A stretch of DNA of 64,000 nt from an uncultured delta proteobacterium (GCA_963708295.1 CAVPSJ010000013.1:224001-288000), one strand, 5' to 3'; positions 43,163 to 53,531 are shown, numbered from the stretch's first letter. Program-made: numbers and translations. The notes: generated by a model from the letters alone, not told the origin.

Positions 43163-44257
43163 ATGGAGCCCAAAATCTCAAATTTGAAATCGAGTTCTGT
43201 GATTCAACGTAGGAAAACCCGTCAAATTTCGATTGGCCCTGTAAGAATTGGAGGGGATGCACCGATCTCTGTCCAATCGATGACCAAGACCGATACAAGA
43301 GACATCGGGAAGACCGTGCGTCAAATTCGGCTTCTCGAAGAGTCAGGCTGCGAAATCATCCGGGTCGCCGTTGTGGATGAAGAAGCGGCCCGGGCGATCG
43401 CCGAGATAAAGAAAAAAATTCGGATTCCCCTCATTGCAGACATCCACTTCCATTCACAGTTGGCTCTGAGGGCCATCGAGTCAGGAGCGGATGCCCTTCG
43501 TATCAATCCCGGGAATATTGGAGGAAAGGACCGTCTGCGATCCGTTGTCACCGCAGCAAAAAATCGTTCCGTTGCAATCCGAATAGGAGTGAATTCCGGG
43601 TCTTTGGAGAAAGACCTTTTGAAACGATTTGGGGGAGCCACCCCCGAAGCGATGGTTTCAAGCGCTTTGCGCACGATCGAATGGATAGAGGATCTCGGAT
43701 TTCATCTGATGAAAGTTTCTTTGAAGGCTTCGGATGTTTTGCGAACGGTGGAAGCCTACCGGCTGTTTTCAAAAAACTCAGATTATCCACTCCATCTGGG
43801 CGTGACGGAAGCGGGAAAAGGATCTGCCGCTGTTGTTAAATCCTCCATCGGGATCGGGCTTTTGCTCAGCGAGGGCATCGGAGATACGCTACGGGTTTCA
43901 TTGACCGGGGACCCCGTGGAAGAGGTTCGCGTTGGCTACGAAATACTGAGGGCTTTGGATATTCGCAAACGAGGTGTTGAGATCATCTCCTGTCCCACCT
44001 GTGGGCGCTGCAATGTCGATCTGGGACCGCTTGTGGCAAAAGTGGAACGAGGGGTTAAAAAGATCTCCAAACCGCTTACAGTGGCAATGATGGGCTGTGT
44101 CGTGAATGGACCGGGCGAGGCCAAAGAGGCCGACATTGGCATTGCAGGGGGGAAGGGAGTGGGAGTCCTTTTTAGGAAAGGAGTAGTGGTCAGAAATCTG
44201 AAAGAAAAGGATTTTGTTTCAGTGTTGTTGAAAGAAATCGAAGAAATGACCAGATGA
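43163..44257 (+). CDS. ispG: (E)-4-hydroxy-3-methylbut-2-enyl-diphosphate synthase
   Basis: ISVQSMT, ADIHF, RINPGNIG, RIGVNSGSL, PLHLGVTEAG, GIGDTLRVSL, SCPTCGR, MGCVVNGPGE. Confidence 0.98.
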   Translation: MEPKISNLKSSSVIQRRKTRQISIGPVRIGGDAPISVQSMTKTDTRDIGKTVRQIRLLEESGCEIIRVAVVDEEAARAIAEIKKKIRIPLIADIHFHSQLALRAIESGADALRINPGNIGGKDRLRSVVTAAKNRSVAIRIGVNSGSLEKDLLKRFGGATPEAMVSSALRTIEWIEDLGFHLMKVSLKASDVLRTVEAYRLFSKNSDYPLHLGVTEAGKGSAAVVKSSIGIGLLLSEGIGDTLRVSLTGDPVEEVRVGYEILRALDIRKRGVEIISCPTCGRCNVDLGPLVAKVERGVKKISKPLTVAMMGCVVNGPGEAKEADIGIAGGKGVGVLFRKGVVVRNLKEKDFVSVLLKEIEEMTR

Positions 44258-44261
44258 AGAC

Positions 44262-44354
44262 AGAAAACCAAATCTCAAAACCAAAATATCAAATGAATAT
44301 CAACGTTCAAACCCCAAGAATATTTGGCATTTAGAATTTGGATTTCATTTGGTT
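44262..44354. repeat. 7-bp periodic inverted-repeat element between convergent genes
   Basis: AACCAAATCTCAAAACCAAAATATCAAATGAA ... TTTGGCATTTAGAATTTGGATTTCATTTGGTT. Confidence 0.65.
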
Positions 44355-44355
44355 C

Positions 44356-44937
44356 TTAAGGCGAGTGAAGCTTCTTCCATACGTAAAAGATTCGCTGGAG
44401 TACAGTGAAATGGGTGAAGATGGCTAGGATCCAGAGAACAGGCTCCATGCATTGGAAGAGGGCCCCGATAGAGAGAAGGATAATCCGTTCGGCCCTTTCC
44501 ATGAGCCCGACGGGGCATGGGACTTGCAAAGCCTCCGCCTTGGCTCTGACGTAGGGGATGAGCACCGTCCCCATACTGGCAAAAGAAGTAAGGAGGACGA
44601 GACCGGAATTTTCTTTCCTTAAGCCATCGATCAGGAGGGCAAGAAGCAGAAGGAGGTCCGAATATCGATCTAGGACGGAATCTAAGAACCCTCCGAAGGC
44701 CGTCACCTTCCCCAGTTTTCTGGCGGCCACGCCATCAAAAAGGTCAAACAGACCTGAAAGGATGATCGCCAGCCCTGCAAGCAACCAAAACCCCTTCAGG
44801 ATAAGAAAAGAGGCAGCAAGGGTTGCGAAAAAACCCAAGAAAGTGAAGAAATTGGGATTTGTATGTTTTCCTGAAATATTTTTAAGGATAGAGTAGAGGT
44901 AAGGGTCGAGCCGATGTCCAATTTTGTTGCCGATCAT
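44356..44937 (-). CDS. CDP-alcohol phosphatidyltransferase family protein
   Basis: DLFDGVAARKLGKVTAFGGFLDSVLDRYSD signature; YVRAKAE, GLMERAER; promoter TTGACT-N16-TATCTT at 44978-45005 supports ATG 44937. Confidence 0.9.
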   Translation of the reverse strand: MIGNKIGHRLDPYLYSILKNISGKHTNPNFFTFLGFFATLAASFLILKGFWLLAGLAIILSGLFDLFDGVAARKLGKVTAFGGFLDSVLDRYSDLLLLLALLIDGLRKENSGLVLLTSFASMGTVLIPYVRAKAEALQVPCPVGLMERAERIILLSIGALFQCMEPVLWILAIFTHFTVLQRIFYVWKKLHSP

Positions 44938-45055
44938 CTTCCGATATAGATTATCCTGATGCGATTTTTTAAACGACAAGATAACATTTCTGAAAGAAAA
45001 GTCAACCACGAGGGTAAAACGAACCTGTCATTCCAATAGGTTAAGGAGGATTCTT

Positions 45056-45949
45056 ATGACAACCCCTGTAGTGTCCATGACTGAGTTCAAATCTCTGACC
45101 TTGAAGGGGAGGGGGAAGGTGAGGGACATTTATGATCTAGGGGATCAGCTTCTCATCGTCGCCACCGATCGAATATCGGCCTTCGATGTAGTCATGCCCA
45201 ACCCGATTCCGGATAAAGGAAAGATACTGACCCAATTATCCAAATTCTGGTTCGACCTGACAAAGCAGATTGTTCCCAATCATATCCTTTCCACAGAGGT
45301 GGAAGACTATCCAAGAGAGTGTGAACCTTATCGGGAATTATTGATGAGTCGCTCCATGCTCGTGGTGAAAACGGAAGTCCTTCCAATCGAGTGTGTGGTC
45401 AGGGGTTACCTTTCGGGTTCGGGCTGGGAGGAATATCGGAAGACAGGGGAGGTCTGCGGTGTCCGGTTGCCCAAGGGATTGCAGGAGTCTTCAAAGCTGG
45501 AGGAACCGATCTTTACCCCGGCGACCAAAGCTGAGATGGGACTCCATGACGAGAATATTACGTTCGAGAAAGTTGAGAAAGAGGTCGGAAAGGATCTGGC
45601 CCGAAATGTGAGATCCATTACACTGGCCGTCTATAAAAAAGCAAGAGATTTTGCCGAGGCTAAGGGAATCCTGATCGCAGATACGAAAATGGAGTTCGGG
45701 GTGAAAGGGGGAAAACTCATTTTGATCGATGAGCTCCTCACTCCAGATTCCTCCCGATTCTGGCCCAAGGACGACTATCGACCCGACGGCCCGCAGAAGA
45801 GTTTTGATAAACAGTTTTTGAGAGATTATCTTCTTTCCATCCGTTGGGACAAGAACCCGCCAGCTCCTCAATTACCGGAAGAAATTGTTCAAAAGACACG
45901 AGAAAAATACCTCGAAGCCTACGAGCGGCTGGTAGGAAGATCTCTGTAA
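45056..45949 (+). CDS. purC: SAICAR synthetase
   Basis: [55 protein letters not shown]. Confidence 0.98.
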   Translation: MTTPVVSMTEFKSLTLKGRGKVRDIYDLGDQLLIVATDRISAFDVVMPNPIPDKGKILTQLSKFWFDLTKQIVPNHILSTEVEDYPRECEPYRELLMSRSMLVVKTEVLPIECVVRGYLSGSGWEEYRKTGEVCGVRLPKGLQESSKLEEPIFTPATKAEMGLHDENITFEKVEKEVGKDLARNVRSITLAVYKKARDFAEAKGILIADTKMEFGVKGGKLILIDELLTPDSSRFWPKDDYRPDGPQKSFDKQFLRDYLLSIRWDKNPPAPQLPEEIVQKTREKYLEAYERLVGRSL

Positions 45950-46147
45950 AGAGGGTCATCACTCGAAGGACGTTGGAGTTTACGGCGGCAGCAACACATC
46001 ATCGCGACAGACGTAAACGATAACACCGGTCGTGGATTGGCTGACATTGCCCCCTGGAGCGCTTCCGCGGACAGGCACGTTCTTCGGGGGGCGATGGCAA
46101 ATTGAAATCTGTTTTAAGCGTTCACTTACGAGCCCCGAGAGACAAAA

Positions 46148-47536
46148 ATGGGAGATCGATCGGCCAAAAGAATTACGTTATTTGTTGTCACCTTGGCGGC
46201 TTTTCTCACGCCTTTTGATGGATCGGCGGTCAATATCGCGCTCCCTTCGATCGGCAAGGAATTCTCGATGGATGCCGTCTCTCTGGGCTGGGTTGCGACG
46301 GCGTACCTTCTAGCCTCCGCGATGTTTCTTGTCCCCTTTGGGAGGATTGCGGATATCTATGGCAGAAAAAAAATCTTTATACTTGGATTACTGATATTTA
46401 CCGCGGCGTCGTTTTCCATGGGACTTTGCGGGTCGAGCGCAATGCTCATTTGCCTTCGGATCTTTCAAGGCTTCGGATCTGCAATGATCTTTGGCACCGG
46501 GGTCGCTCTTTTAATCTCGGTCTTTCCTGCCCAGGAGAGGGGCAAAGCCCTGGGGATAAACGTCGCTGCCGTTTATCTGGGTTTATCCGGCGGCCCTTTC
46601 TTGGGGGGACTTCTGACATCGCACTTCGGCTGGAGAAGCATTTTCTTGGTCAACATCCCTTTAGGGTTGCTGGCGGCGGCTTTGGTTTCCCTCAAGTTAA
46701 AAGAAGAATGGGCTGAAGCCAAAGGTGAGAAGTTTGACCTGTCCGGTTCCATCATTTACTGCCTTGGCTTGATCGCAATCATCTACGGCTTTTCAAGTTT
46801 CTCGCGTTGGGGGGCGGTGGCAAGCTCAGGTCTCATTCTCTTGGGCGCCTCAGGCATTTTCGCATTCATTGCATGGGAGACGAAGGTGAAAAACCCTATT
46901 CTAAATATAGATCTATTCAGAGGGAACAGAGTCTTCGTTTTGTCAAATCTGGCCGCGTTCATTCATTATAGCGCCACCTTTGCGGTCGCCTTTTTTCTAA
47001 GCCTTTACTTGCAGTATATTAAGAACCTCGACCCCCAGAGTGCGGGGACGATCCTTGTATTTCAACCCGTGGTGATGGCTGTTTGTTCGCCTTTTGCAGG
47101 GAGGCTTTCGGACAGAATTGAACCGCGAATCGTAGCGTCCATGGGGATGGCATTGACTGCGGCAGGACTTTTCCTCCTTGCCGTCTTGCAGGGAAACACC
47201 CCGTTGGGGTTTGTCGTTGCAGATTTGATCCTTCTTGGTCTCGGCTTTGCCCTTTTTTCCTCTCCGAATACCAATGCCGTGATGAGTTCTGTTGAGAAGA
47301 AATTTTACGGAGTGGCTTCGGGAACCCTCGGAACGATGCGGTTGACTGGACAAATGCTCAGCATGGGAATAGCGATGTTGATCTTTGCTGTCCACATCGG
47401 ACACATACAGATTACGCCTGAATATTTTCCCCTTCTTTTGAGAAGCACGAGATCGGCATTTATTTTGTTTGGGATTTTTTGTACGGGCGGTATTTTTGCA
47501 TCGCTAGCCCGAGGCAAAGTTCACTCGGAGCATTAG
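46148..47536 (+). CDS. MFS drug/H+ antiporter (DHA2-like, 14 TM)
   Basis: VNIALPSI, GRIADIYGRKK, GPFLGG.L...GWR.IFLVNIP.G, FSSPNTNAVM. Confidence 0.92.
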   Translation: MGDRSAKRITLFVVTLAAFLTPFDGSAVNIALPSIGKEFSMDAVSLGWVATAYLLASAMFLVPFGRIADIYGRKKIFILGLLIFTAASFSMGLCGSSAMLICLRIFQGFGSAMIFGTGVALLISVFPAQERGKALGINVAAVYLGLSGGPFLGGLLTSHFGWRSIFLVNIPLGLLAAALVSLKLKEEWAEAKGEKFDLSGSIIYCLGLIAIIYGFSSFSRWGAVASSGLILLGASGIFAFIAWETKVKNPILNIDLFRGNRVFVLSNLAAFIHYSATFAVAFFLSLYLQYIKNLDPQSAGTILVFQPVVMAVCSPFAGRLSDRIEPRIVASMGMALTAAGLFLLAVLQGNTPLGFVVADLILLGLGFALFSSPNTNAVMSSVEKKFYGVASGTLGTMRLTGQMLSMGIAMLIFAVHIGHIQITPEYFPLLLRSTRSAFILFGIFCTGGIFASLARGKVHSEH

Positions 47537-47755
47537 ATCCATTTCAAATCAGCTATTCAGCTTTTTCAAACCTGATGAAAAATTCATCAAACCTCCTCAA
47601 AACATCCAGCCCCACCTAGGGTTACTGCCGGTTCGCCCAACATTTGGCCGGCGATCGTTGGGCCCTGCCAATCGAAATAAGGGTTGTAGTGCCTGGTTCC
47701 TGTCCTATCTTGACGCGGTGAGAAGAGATTCACCCGTTCTGGGCAGTGTAGAATT

Positions 47756-47919
47756 GTCGGTAAATTGACAAAATTTTGATTCTATCGGAGAAATCGAGCC
47801 ACCTCTATTCGCCCCAGTCTTCTGAGTTTTCCTCTATTTTTTCCCTTAGATTTCAAGAAGATCTGGCTCAAGCGACATCAAATGTTTGCTGTATTTGACA
47901 CTTTGGCATTCGTTTTGCT
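47756..47919 (+). promoter_or_regulatory. Sigma-54 promoter with upstream enhancer-like palindrome and IHF-like site
   Basis: TTGGCATTCGTTTTGCT (47903-47919, GG-N10-GC); CATCAAATGTTTG (47876-47888); GTCGGTAAATTGAC (47756-47769). Confidence 0.65.
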
Positions 47920-47975
47920 CACTGTCATAGATGGAATTTTTTCCTTTATAATTAACAATACGGGGAATTCTTAAT

Positions 47976-49328
47976 ATGTTTCGAACCATTAGGTTCAAGC
48001 TATCCCTTTTTGTCTTCATCCTCCTCATATTTGCCACAGCTGTATTCTTTATTGCCACGATTAAGACCCTGGATCAGGTTATTCGCAACGAGATTATCAA
48101 AAGGGCGGAATCTCTAAGCAAAAGCTCTGCCGCGTCGGCAGCCTACAACCTGATCTCAGGGGATGTATTGGGTATGGATCATCTTGTCTTTAAAGGAAAG
48201 AAATCGAACACAGATGTGGAGTATATCGCTGTCATTGACACCCGAATGAATGTCATAGCCCATAGCGACATCAAAAGAAGGGGAGAGATTCTAAAGGGGG
48301 GGGAAGGAACGTTTTCAAGGAAGGATGGGGACGAGACGATTGTAAAAGAAATTTCGCTTTCCTCCGGAAGATCCTTTGAGATCTCTACCCCGATTGTTTT
48401 TAAGGGTAGAGTATTGGGAATGGTTGTGGTCGGAGTGAACCAATCCGTCCTTTTAGAGGCCCAGCGGGTAGCCCGTCGGCGGATTTTCTTGATGTTCACG
48501 GTCGTCCTATTCATGGGTCTCATCGGTATTCTAGGGTTATCCTCCTTTATTACGAAACCGATCAAAGAACTCTCCGAGGGGATGGAAGGACTCAAGGGAG
48601 GGAAAGGAGCAAGACCTCTCAGGGTTTACTCAAGGGATGAGCTTGGAAAATTGACACAAAGCTTTAACAAAATGAGCGCCCTGATTACGGATCAAAAAAA
48701 GGAACTGTTTAGATATACTCAAGAGCTGGAGGAAGCCTATGTCTCGATCCTGAGGGTCCTGGCCATGGCCATCGACGCCCGGGATTCTTATACACTGGGT
48801 CATTCCGCGCGAGTCGCTTTGCATTCGTTGATGATCGGTGAAGAAATTGGTCTTACAAAAAACGAACTTGAAGAGCTTGAAATCGCTTCTCTTTTTCATG
48901 ATGTGGGAAAGCTCAAAACCCCTGATGCTATCCTATTTAAAAGCAAGTCTCTGAACTCGACAGAATATGATGAGATCAGGCACCATCCGGAGGATGGTGC
49001 GGAAATCCTGAAGAAAGTAAAATCGCTCCAGAAATATGTTGAGCCGGTAAAGCATCATCATGAGTATTACAACGGGGAAGGATACCCCGATGGATTGGAT
49101 GGAGACGGAATTCCACTTCACGCAGCAATTATCTCCATCGCAGACACCTACGATGCCATGACTTCAACGAGACCTTACAGAAAGGCCCTCTCAAAAGAAG
49201 AAGCCTGCATGGAATTGGAAAGGGGAGCCGGAAAACAGTTTCACCCCGAATTGGTCAAGGCTTTTCTAAGGGCGTTAAAGCATGGGGGACAACCGTCGCT
49301 TCATCCTTATCTCACAAAAGTGATATGA
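47976..49328 (+). CDS. Membrane-bound HAMP + HD-GYP cyclic-dinucleotide phosphodiesterase
   Basis: TM-periplasmic-TM, HAMP (PIKEL...DELGKL..SFN.M), HSARV, FHDVGK, HHEYYNGEGYPDGL, DAMTSTRPYR. Confidence 0.92.
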   Translation: MFRTIRFKLSLFVFILLIFATAVFFIATIKTLDQVIRNEIIKRAESLSKSSAASAAYNLISGDVLGMDHLVFKGKKSNTDVEYIAVIDTRMNVIAHSDIKRRGEILKGGEGTFSRKDGDETIVKEISLSSGRSFEISTPIVFKGRVLGMVVVGVNQSVLLEAQRVARRRIFLMFTVVLFMGLIGILGLSSFITKPIKELSEGMEGLKGGKGARPLRVYSRDELGKLTQSFNKMSALITDQKKELFRYTQELEEAYVSILRVLAMAIDARDSYTLGHSARVALHSLMIGEEIGLTKNELEELEIASLFHDVGKLKTPDAILFKSKSLNSTEYDEIRHHPEDGAEILKKVKSLQKYVEPVKHHHEYYNGEGYPDGLDGDGIPLHAAIISIADTYDAMTSTRPYRKALSKEEACMELERGAGKQFHPELVKAFLRALKHGGQPSLHPYLTKVI

Positions 49329-50270
49329 CAAGAGATTCGCAAAAAAGAGTCATACTCTTCCTGGGGATTTTTTCGCTTCTGTACCTTTCTTCCTGCGGCT
49401 GGTTTAGGAAAGAGCAGAGAGAACAGGTACCGAAAGAGCAGGAGAAAGTAAGAGCAAGTGGAGAGGGAGCAGGCACGGAAAGAACAGGTACGAAAACAGA
49501 CGAACTATAACTATGTTGATAAGCAGGCTCGAATGGAAGTCCAGGCGGGGAACTTCCAAAGGGCCATCGACTTTTGGAAAGAAATCTATCGAGAATCTCC
49601 TCAGGACCTCAACCTCCAGAGCGGTTACGTCAAAACACTGGAGTCGATCAGGAGCAGGGGAGACTTAGCTTTTGAAACAAATGATTTCAGACTAGCGGAT
49701 AAAATTTATGAGGTCTTGATGAGGAACTGGATGCATTTTTCAGAACTCAGTCCATTCCTTTCATTCAGGAAAGACTTTTTGGAGAAAAAGATAAAAACAA
49801 GCCGATGCCTCTTCACCGAAGAACAAGTCTCCTTACACCTGAAAGCGGGCGAATTCCGGAAGGCCATTGATCTCTGTAAGGAGATGTATAAAAAATATCC
49901 CCAGGATTCCAACGTCCGAAGTGGCTACGTCAGAACACTGGAGTTGGTTAAAACCAGCGGGGACCGAGCCTTCACAGAGCGCAACTTCGCCCTGGCTGGA
50001 TGTGTCTACGAAATCGTGTTGAGAAACATTTCTCCCGTGAACCGTTTGAATGGTTCCCTTTCTTTCAGCACGGACGGTTTGACTGCTAAGATTAGAAATT
50101 GTAGGAAGATTCTTTTTGAATTCGGACTCGAGCAGTATCGGTCTGGGAACCTGAATCAAGCCATCTTGCTATGGAAAAGCATCCTCGCCTTTGATCCTGA
50201 GAATCAAGAGATTAAAAAGGCAGTGGATATGGCGACCCTTCAGCATAGTAATCTTCAGAAAGCCAAATAA
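49325..50270 (+). CDS. TPR-like helical lipoprotein (frameshift near 49450)
   Basis: Lipobox LSSC in 49325 frame; KEQ repeats continue in the 49458 frame; two ~99-aa internal repeats; C-terminal AI..WK.IL.FDPEN.E. Confidence 0.75.
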
Positions 50271-50446
50271 TAATAAGAGTTGCCGCCGTCTTTTCTGCTC
50301 TTTTCAAGCTCTTTTCCTCCGTTAGAGAGATTCGATTCCACACCTCTCCTGGGTTTTCGTTAAGCCTCGGGAGAAACCGTCGAAAACTTCAGGCAGAAGC
50401 ATTTTGAGAGCAAAGGCATTCCTGGCAGGAAATTCAGAGCCGGAAT

Positions 50447-51685
50447 CTATTCTTCTTCCGGGGGCTTGATCGTCTTAAAACTACGATAGAGCATCAGGTC
50501 GTAGACAATTTTAAGGCCACCGGACAAAAAGAAAGGAAGATTCAGCAGGGCTGCATTGGCGAGTAAAGGCCCGGTAACGACAGGCGATAAGGAGGCGCCC
50601 GTGGTCCGGGCAATCCCTGTAATGCCAGCGGCGGCGGAACGTTCGTCCGGTGCGACAACAGCCATGGTGTAGGATTGGCGGGTGGGTACATCCATCTGAG
50701 AGATACTGAAACGCAATAACAGAGCCGCTATGGCTAAAGGCAAATTCGGCATGAGCGGCACCAAAATCAATAAAATGTTCGAAGGAATGTGCGTGAATAC
50801 CATGGTTCGGATTAAACCGATCTTAGAAGCCACCCAAGCGGCGGTCAGAGCCGAGATGCCAGCAAGAATATTCGCCCCAAAAAAAATGCTCCCCAGAATG
50901 GCCGGCTGCACATTAAAACGGACATGAAACCAATAGGCCAAAATGCTTTGAAGCACGAAACCCCCTGCGAAGGCATCGATGGAGAACAAAGCCGATAGCT
51001 TGAGCACCACCCTCCGGGAACGATGGAGACCAAAACGATCCTTGAAGGCGGAGGTGGATGGAGAGGGGCCACGTAGGGTCGAGACCTCCACTGCTGGGGA
51101 AAGACGGGTAAATAATCCCCCCAGTATCACTCCGATGATCGCATACCCGATCACAATCGAGCGATAGCTTCCAAGCGGCGATATGCCGACGTTCAGAAGA
51201 GCCTGAACCAAGCTTCCTCCCGCGAGGGCTCCAAGCGCTGTGGCAAATGAACCGACCAGGTTATACCACGCGAAAATCTGGGTGCGTCTCTCGTTTGAAA
51301 CGATTTGAGAGAGGGCTGCTTGCTCGATAGACAAAAACGGACCGACTTCGTAACCGCTCGGGCTGATGACTCCAATGGTAGCTGCGGTCAGCAGAAACAC
51401 AAAGCTGCGCGTCATGGAAAATAAGATGCCGGCAAAGACCATGAGAAAGGCCCCGGCGATAAGCATTTTTCGTCGGCCAATCCGATCTGCGTTCGTCGTA
51501 ATCCATAAGGAGATGATTGTATCGCCAATCAAGGTCAGGCTCAGGAGGAGTCCGATTTGGACCTGGTTCAGGCCTGCCTGTTCGAGGTAGAGCACCAGCA
51601 CTACGGAGAGGAACCCATAGCCAAACATACGGGCGATGCGGGTGATGAAAAGGAAATTACCGTCCGGCGACAATCTACGAATCAT
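50447..51685 (-). CDS. MFS transporter
   Basis: ADRIGRRK, VISPSG.EVGPFL.IEQ, MVFTHIPSN, SQMDVPTRQSY. Confidence 0.9.
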   Translation of the reverse strand: MIRRLSPDGNFLFITRIARMFGYGFLSVVLVLYLEQAGLNQVQIGLLLSLTLIGDTIISLWITTNADRIGRRKMLIAGAFLMVFAGILFSMTRSFVFLLTAATIGVISPSGYEVGPFLSIEQAALSQIVSNERRTQIFAWYNLVGSFATALGALAGGSLVQALLNVGISPLGSYRSIVIGYAIIGVILGGLFTRLSPAVEVSTLRGPSPSTSAFKDRFGLHRSRRVVLKLSALFSIDAFAGGFVLQSILAYWFHVRFNVQPAILGSIFFGANILAGISALTAAWVASKIGLIRTMVFTHIPSNILLILVPLMPNLPLAIAALLLRFSISQMDVPTRQSYTMAVVAPDERSAAAGITGIARTTGASLSPVVTGPLLANAALLNLPFFLSGGLKIVYDLMLYRSFKTIKPPEEE

Positions 51686-52000
51686 CTGAGATCATTCCCT
51701 CCACGGTCGCGCTCCCCCGATCGAGAGAGTGAAGGTTTCCCTCCACAACTTCTCAACACCCTGATTGTGGGACGACATATCTTCATCCTGAAAGTTCAAT
51801 GGAAAATAATTTTTAGTTTAATCATCTCGAATTGAAAAATCAATCTTTTTCTCGGTGATCTATTCCTGGAGGACGAGAAAAAGCCCCTCCCATTGATCTT
51901 TTGCCGACGGTCGGTTAGTAGATAGAGGGCTTTTATTTTTTTGGGGGAATCTCGAAGGCTGAGTTTTGAGGAAACCAAATTTGTCCGGTCGGGGGGTAGA

Positions 52001-52537
52001 ATGGATTCTCAACCAAAGCAAACAAAAACAACAGGATTCAAAACGAAATGCCTCTCCATTCTTCTTCTATTACCCATTGCCTGTGGGATTGTTTTCGTAA
52101 AATCCTATGATGAAACAGTCTCCCGGTGGAAGTCCTACAAAGACTTGGAAAGATGGATGGAAAAGGATTTTTCGTTCGATACAGAGAGGTTTAAGAGATT
52201 CGAGGGGACATTGCCACCCCCGAGGACCCCGGAAGAAACTTTTAAACTCAAATCTGGCATCTACATTGATGCTGCGGTCTTTGCCAAGGAGGTTCTCAAC
52301 CGGATCGATCCATCCTATAAAGCTCAGATTGTGGTTCTCTTTATTGGGCGTGGAGTCAATCATTACGTCTGTTCTTTGAAGAAGGATGGAAGGATTTTCA
52401 TTATGGATTACGGGACACCTTACAGAGCAATGGTTGGGGTCCATGGCCCGTTCAACTCTCTTGAGGATTATCGACTCTTCTTCGAAAAGAATCATCCGAC
52501 CCTCAAGAACGTTCAGGCCATTACCTATTTGCGGTAA
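52001..52537 (+). CDS. Hypothetical exported protein, transglutaminase-like fold suspected
   Basis: Hydrophobic N-terminus ending PIAC; TPEETF..KSGIYIDAA, NHYVC, IMDYG pattern. Confidence 0.6.
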   Translation: MDSQPKQTKTTGFKTKCLSILLLLPIACGIVFVKSYDETVSRWKSYKDLERWMEKDFSFDTERFKRFEGTLPPPRTPEETFKLKSGIYIDAAVFAKEVLNRIDPSYKAQIVVLFIGRGVNHYVCSLKKDGRIFIMDYGTPYRAMVGVHGPFNSLEDYRLFFEKNHPTLKNVQAITYLR

Positions 52538-52607
52538 ACGATCATCACAGAGACGCAGAGTTCCTTGCAGTTCAGTGGAGAGACTGGGGAAGGATCAGAA
52601 CGAGATA

Positions 52608-53429
52608 CTACGGTAAAGGTTGAATGTTTAGAAGGTTTTTGATTCTTTCGAACAGCGGTTTTCTGATTTTTACTCTCAGGTAGAGGTCACCGGCTTCTCC
52701 ACCCTCTTTGCCGGGAGCCCCCATCCCCTTCAATCTTATCTGCTGACCGTGCTTCATTCCCGGTGGGACGGTAACGATCAACTCTTTCGATCTCTTCCGG
52801 TGAAGGTATTTCCCTCTCGCTCCTTCAAGGGCCTGTCGGGGATCGAGATAGAGGACGTCGCTTAAGTCTTTCCCTCTTTCGGGTTCGTTGATGCTGAGGA
52901 TTTTCTTTAGTAAGTATTTAGTGAATTTACCGAGGTGTCCCGATAACACGTCAGGGGAGATTGGATTTCCTTGGAAGTTGCTTCTTCCAAAGCGGGGGCC
53001 AAAAAAGACAAATCCTCTTCCGGAAGCGCCCGGCTTTCGAAATTCGAAAGTGCGATATCCCTGGCCATACGACTCCCTGAACACCTCCTCAAAGCTTCTG
53101 AATCCGAAGGACCTCGCCATCTCCTCAAAAATCTGATTGATGTCAGATCCCCTGAAAATATCCTGTTCCGAATACCTCTGTTTAAACCGATTGTATCCTG
53201 AAGGCCCATACTGATCGTGGAATGCGTCATAATCTCTTCGCTTTTTTGGATCGGAAAGAACGGCATAGGACTCGTTGATCTCCTTCATCTTTTCGACTGC
53301 GGAAGGAGTTTCCCTATTTTTATCGGGATGGTATTGAAAGGCCAGCCTCCGATAAGCTTCTTTAATTTTGTGGGGGGGAGCTTCTTTCTCTACATTGAGA
53401 ATCTGATAGTAATCCTTCTGTTCCATCAC
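52608..53429 (-). CDS. DnaJ/CbpA-like co-chaperone (J domain + C-terminal domain, no zinc finger)
   Basis: DYYQIL, YRRLAFQYHPDKN, INESY.VLSD, IRLKGMG..G..GDLY. Confidence 0.92.
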   Translation of the reverse strand: MMEQKDYYQILNVEKEAPPHKIKEAYRRLAFQYHPDKNRETPSAVEKMKEINESYAVLSDPKKRRDYDAFHDQYGPSGYNRFKQRYSEQDIFRGSDINQIFEEMARSFGFRSFEEVFRESYGQGYRTFEFRKPGASGRGFVFFGPRFGRSNFQGNPISPDVLSGHLGKFTKYLLKKILSINEPERGKDLSDVLYLDPRQALEGARGKYLHRKRSKELIVTVPPGMKHGQQIRLKGMGAPGKEGGEAGDLYLRVKIRKPLFERIKNLLNIQPLP

Positions 53430-53531
53430 TAAGGAATTATAATGGATAGCACTGTGGTTTACCAGGGATCTCCCCCGATCAATATGCTCTTGAGCCCTTT
53501 GGAGGCTCTTGATCCTCGTGCATCCCTTTGC

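Noticed and set aside
47540-47975. c-di-GMP-I (GEMM) riboswitch upstream of the HD-GYP gene
   Set aside because: No GGCAAA..GAAA..GACGCAAA core found.
51878-51940. AAAAGCCC(C)TC..GAGGGCTTTT hairpin as a guanidine or c-di-GMP riboswitch
   Set aside because: Only fragments resemble the consensus; it could be a terminator-like hairpin but cannot be assigned from sequence alone.
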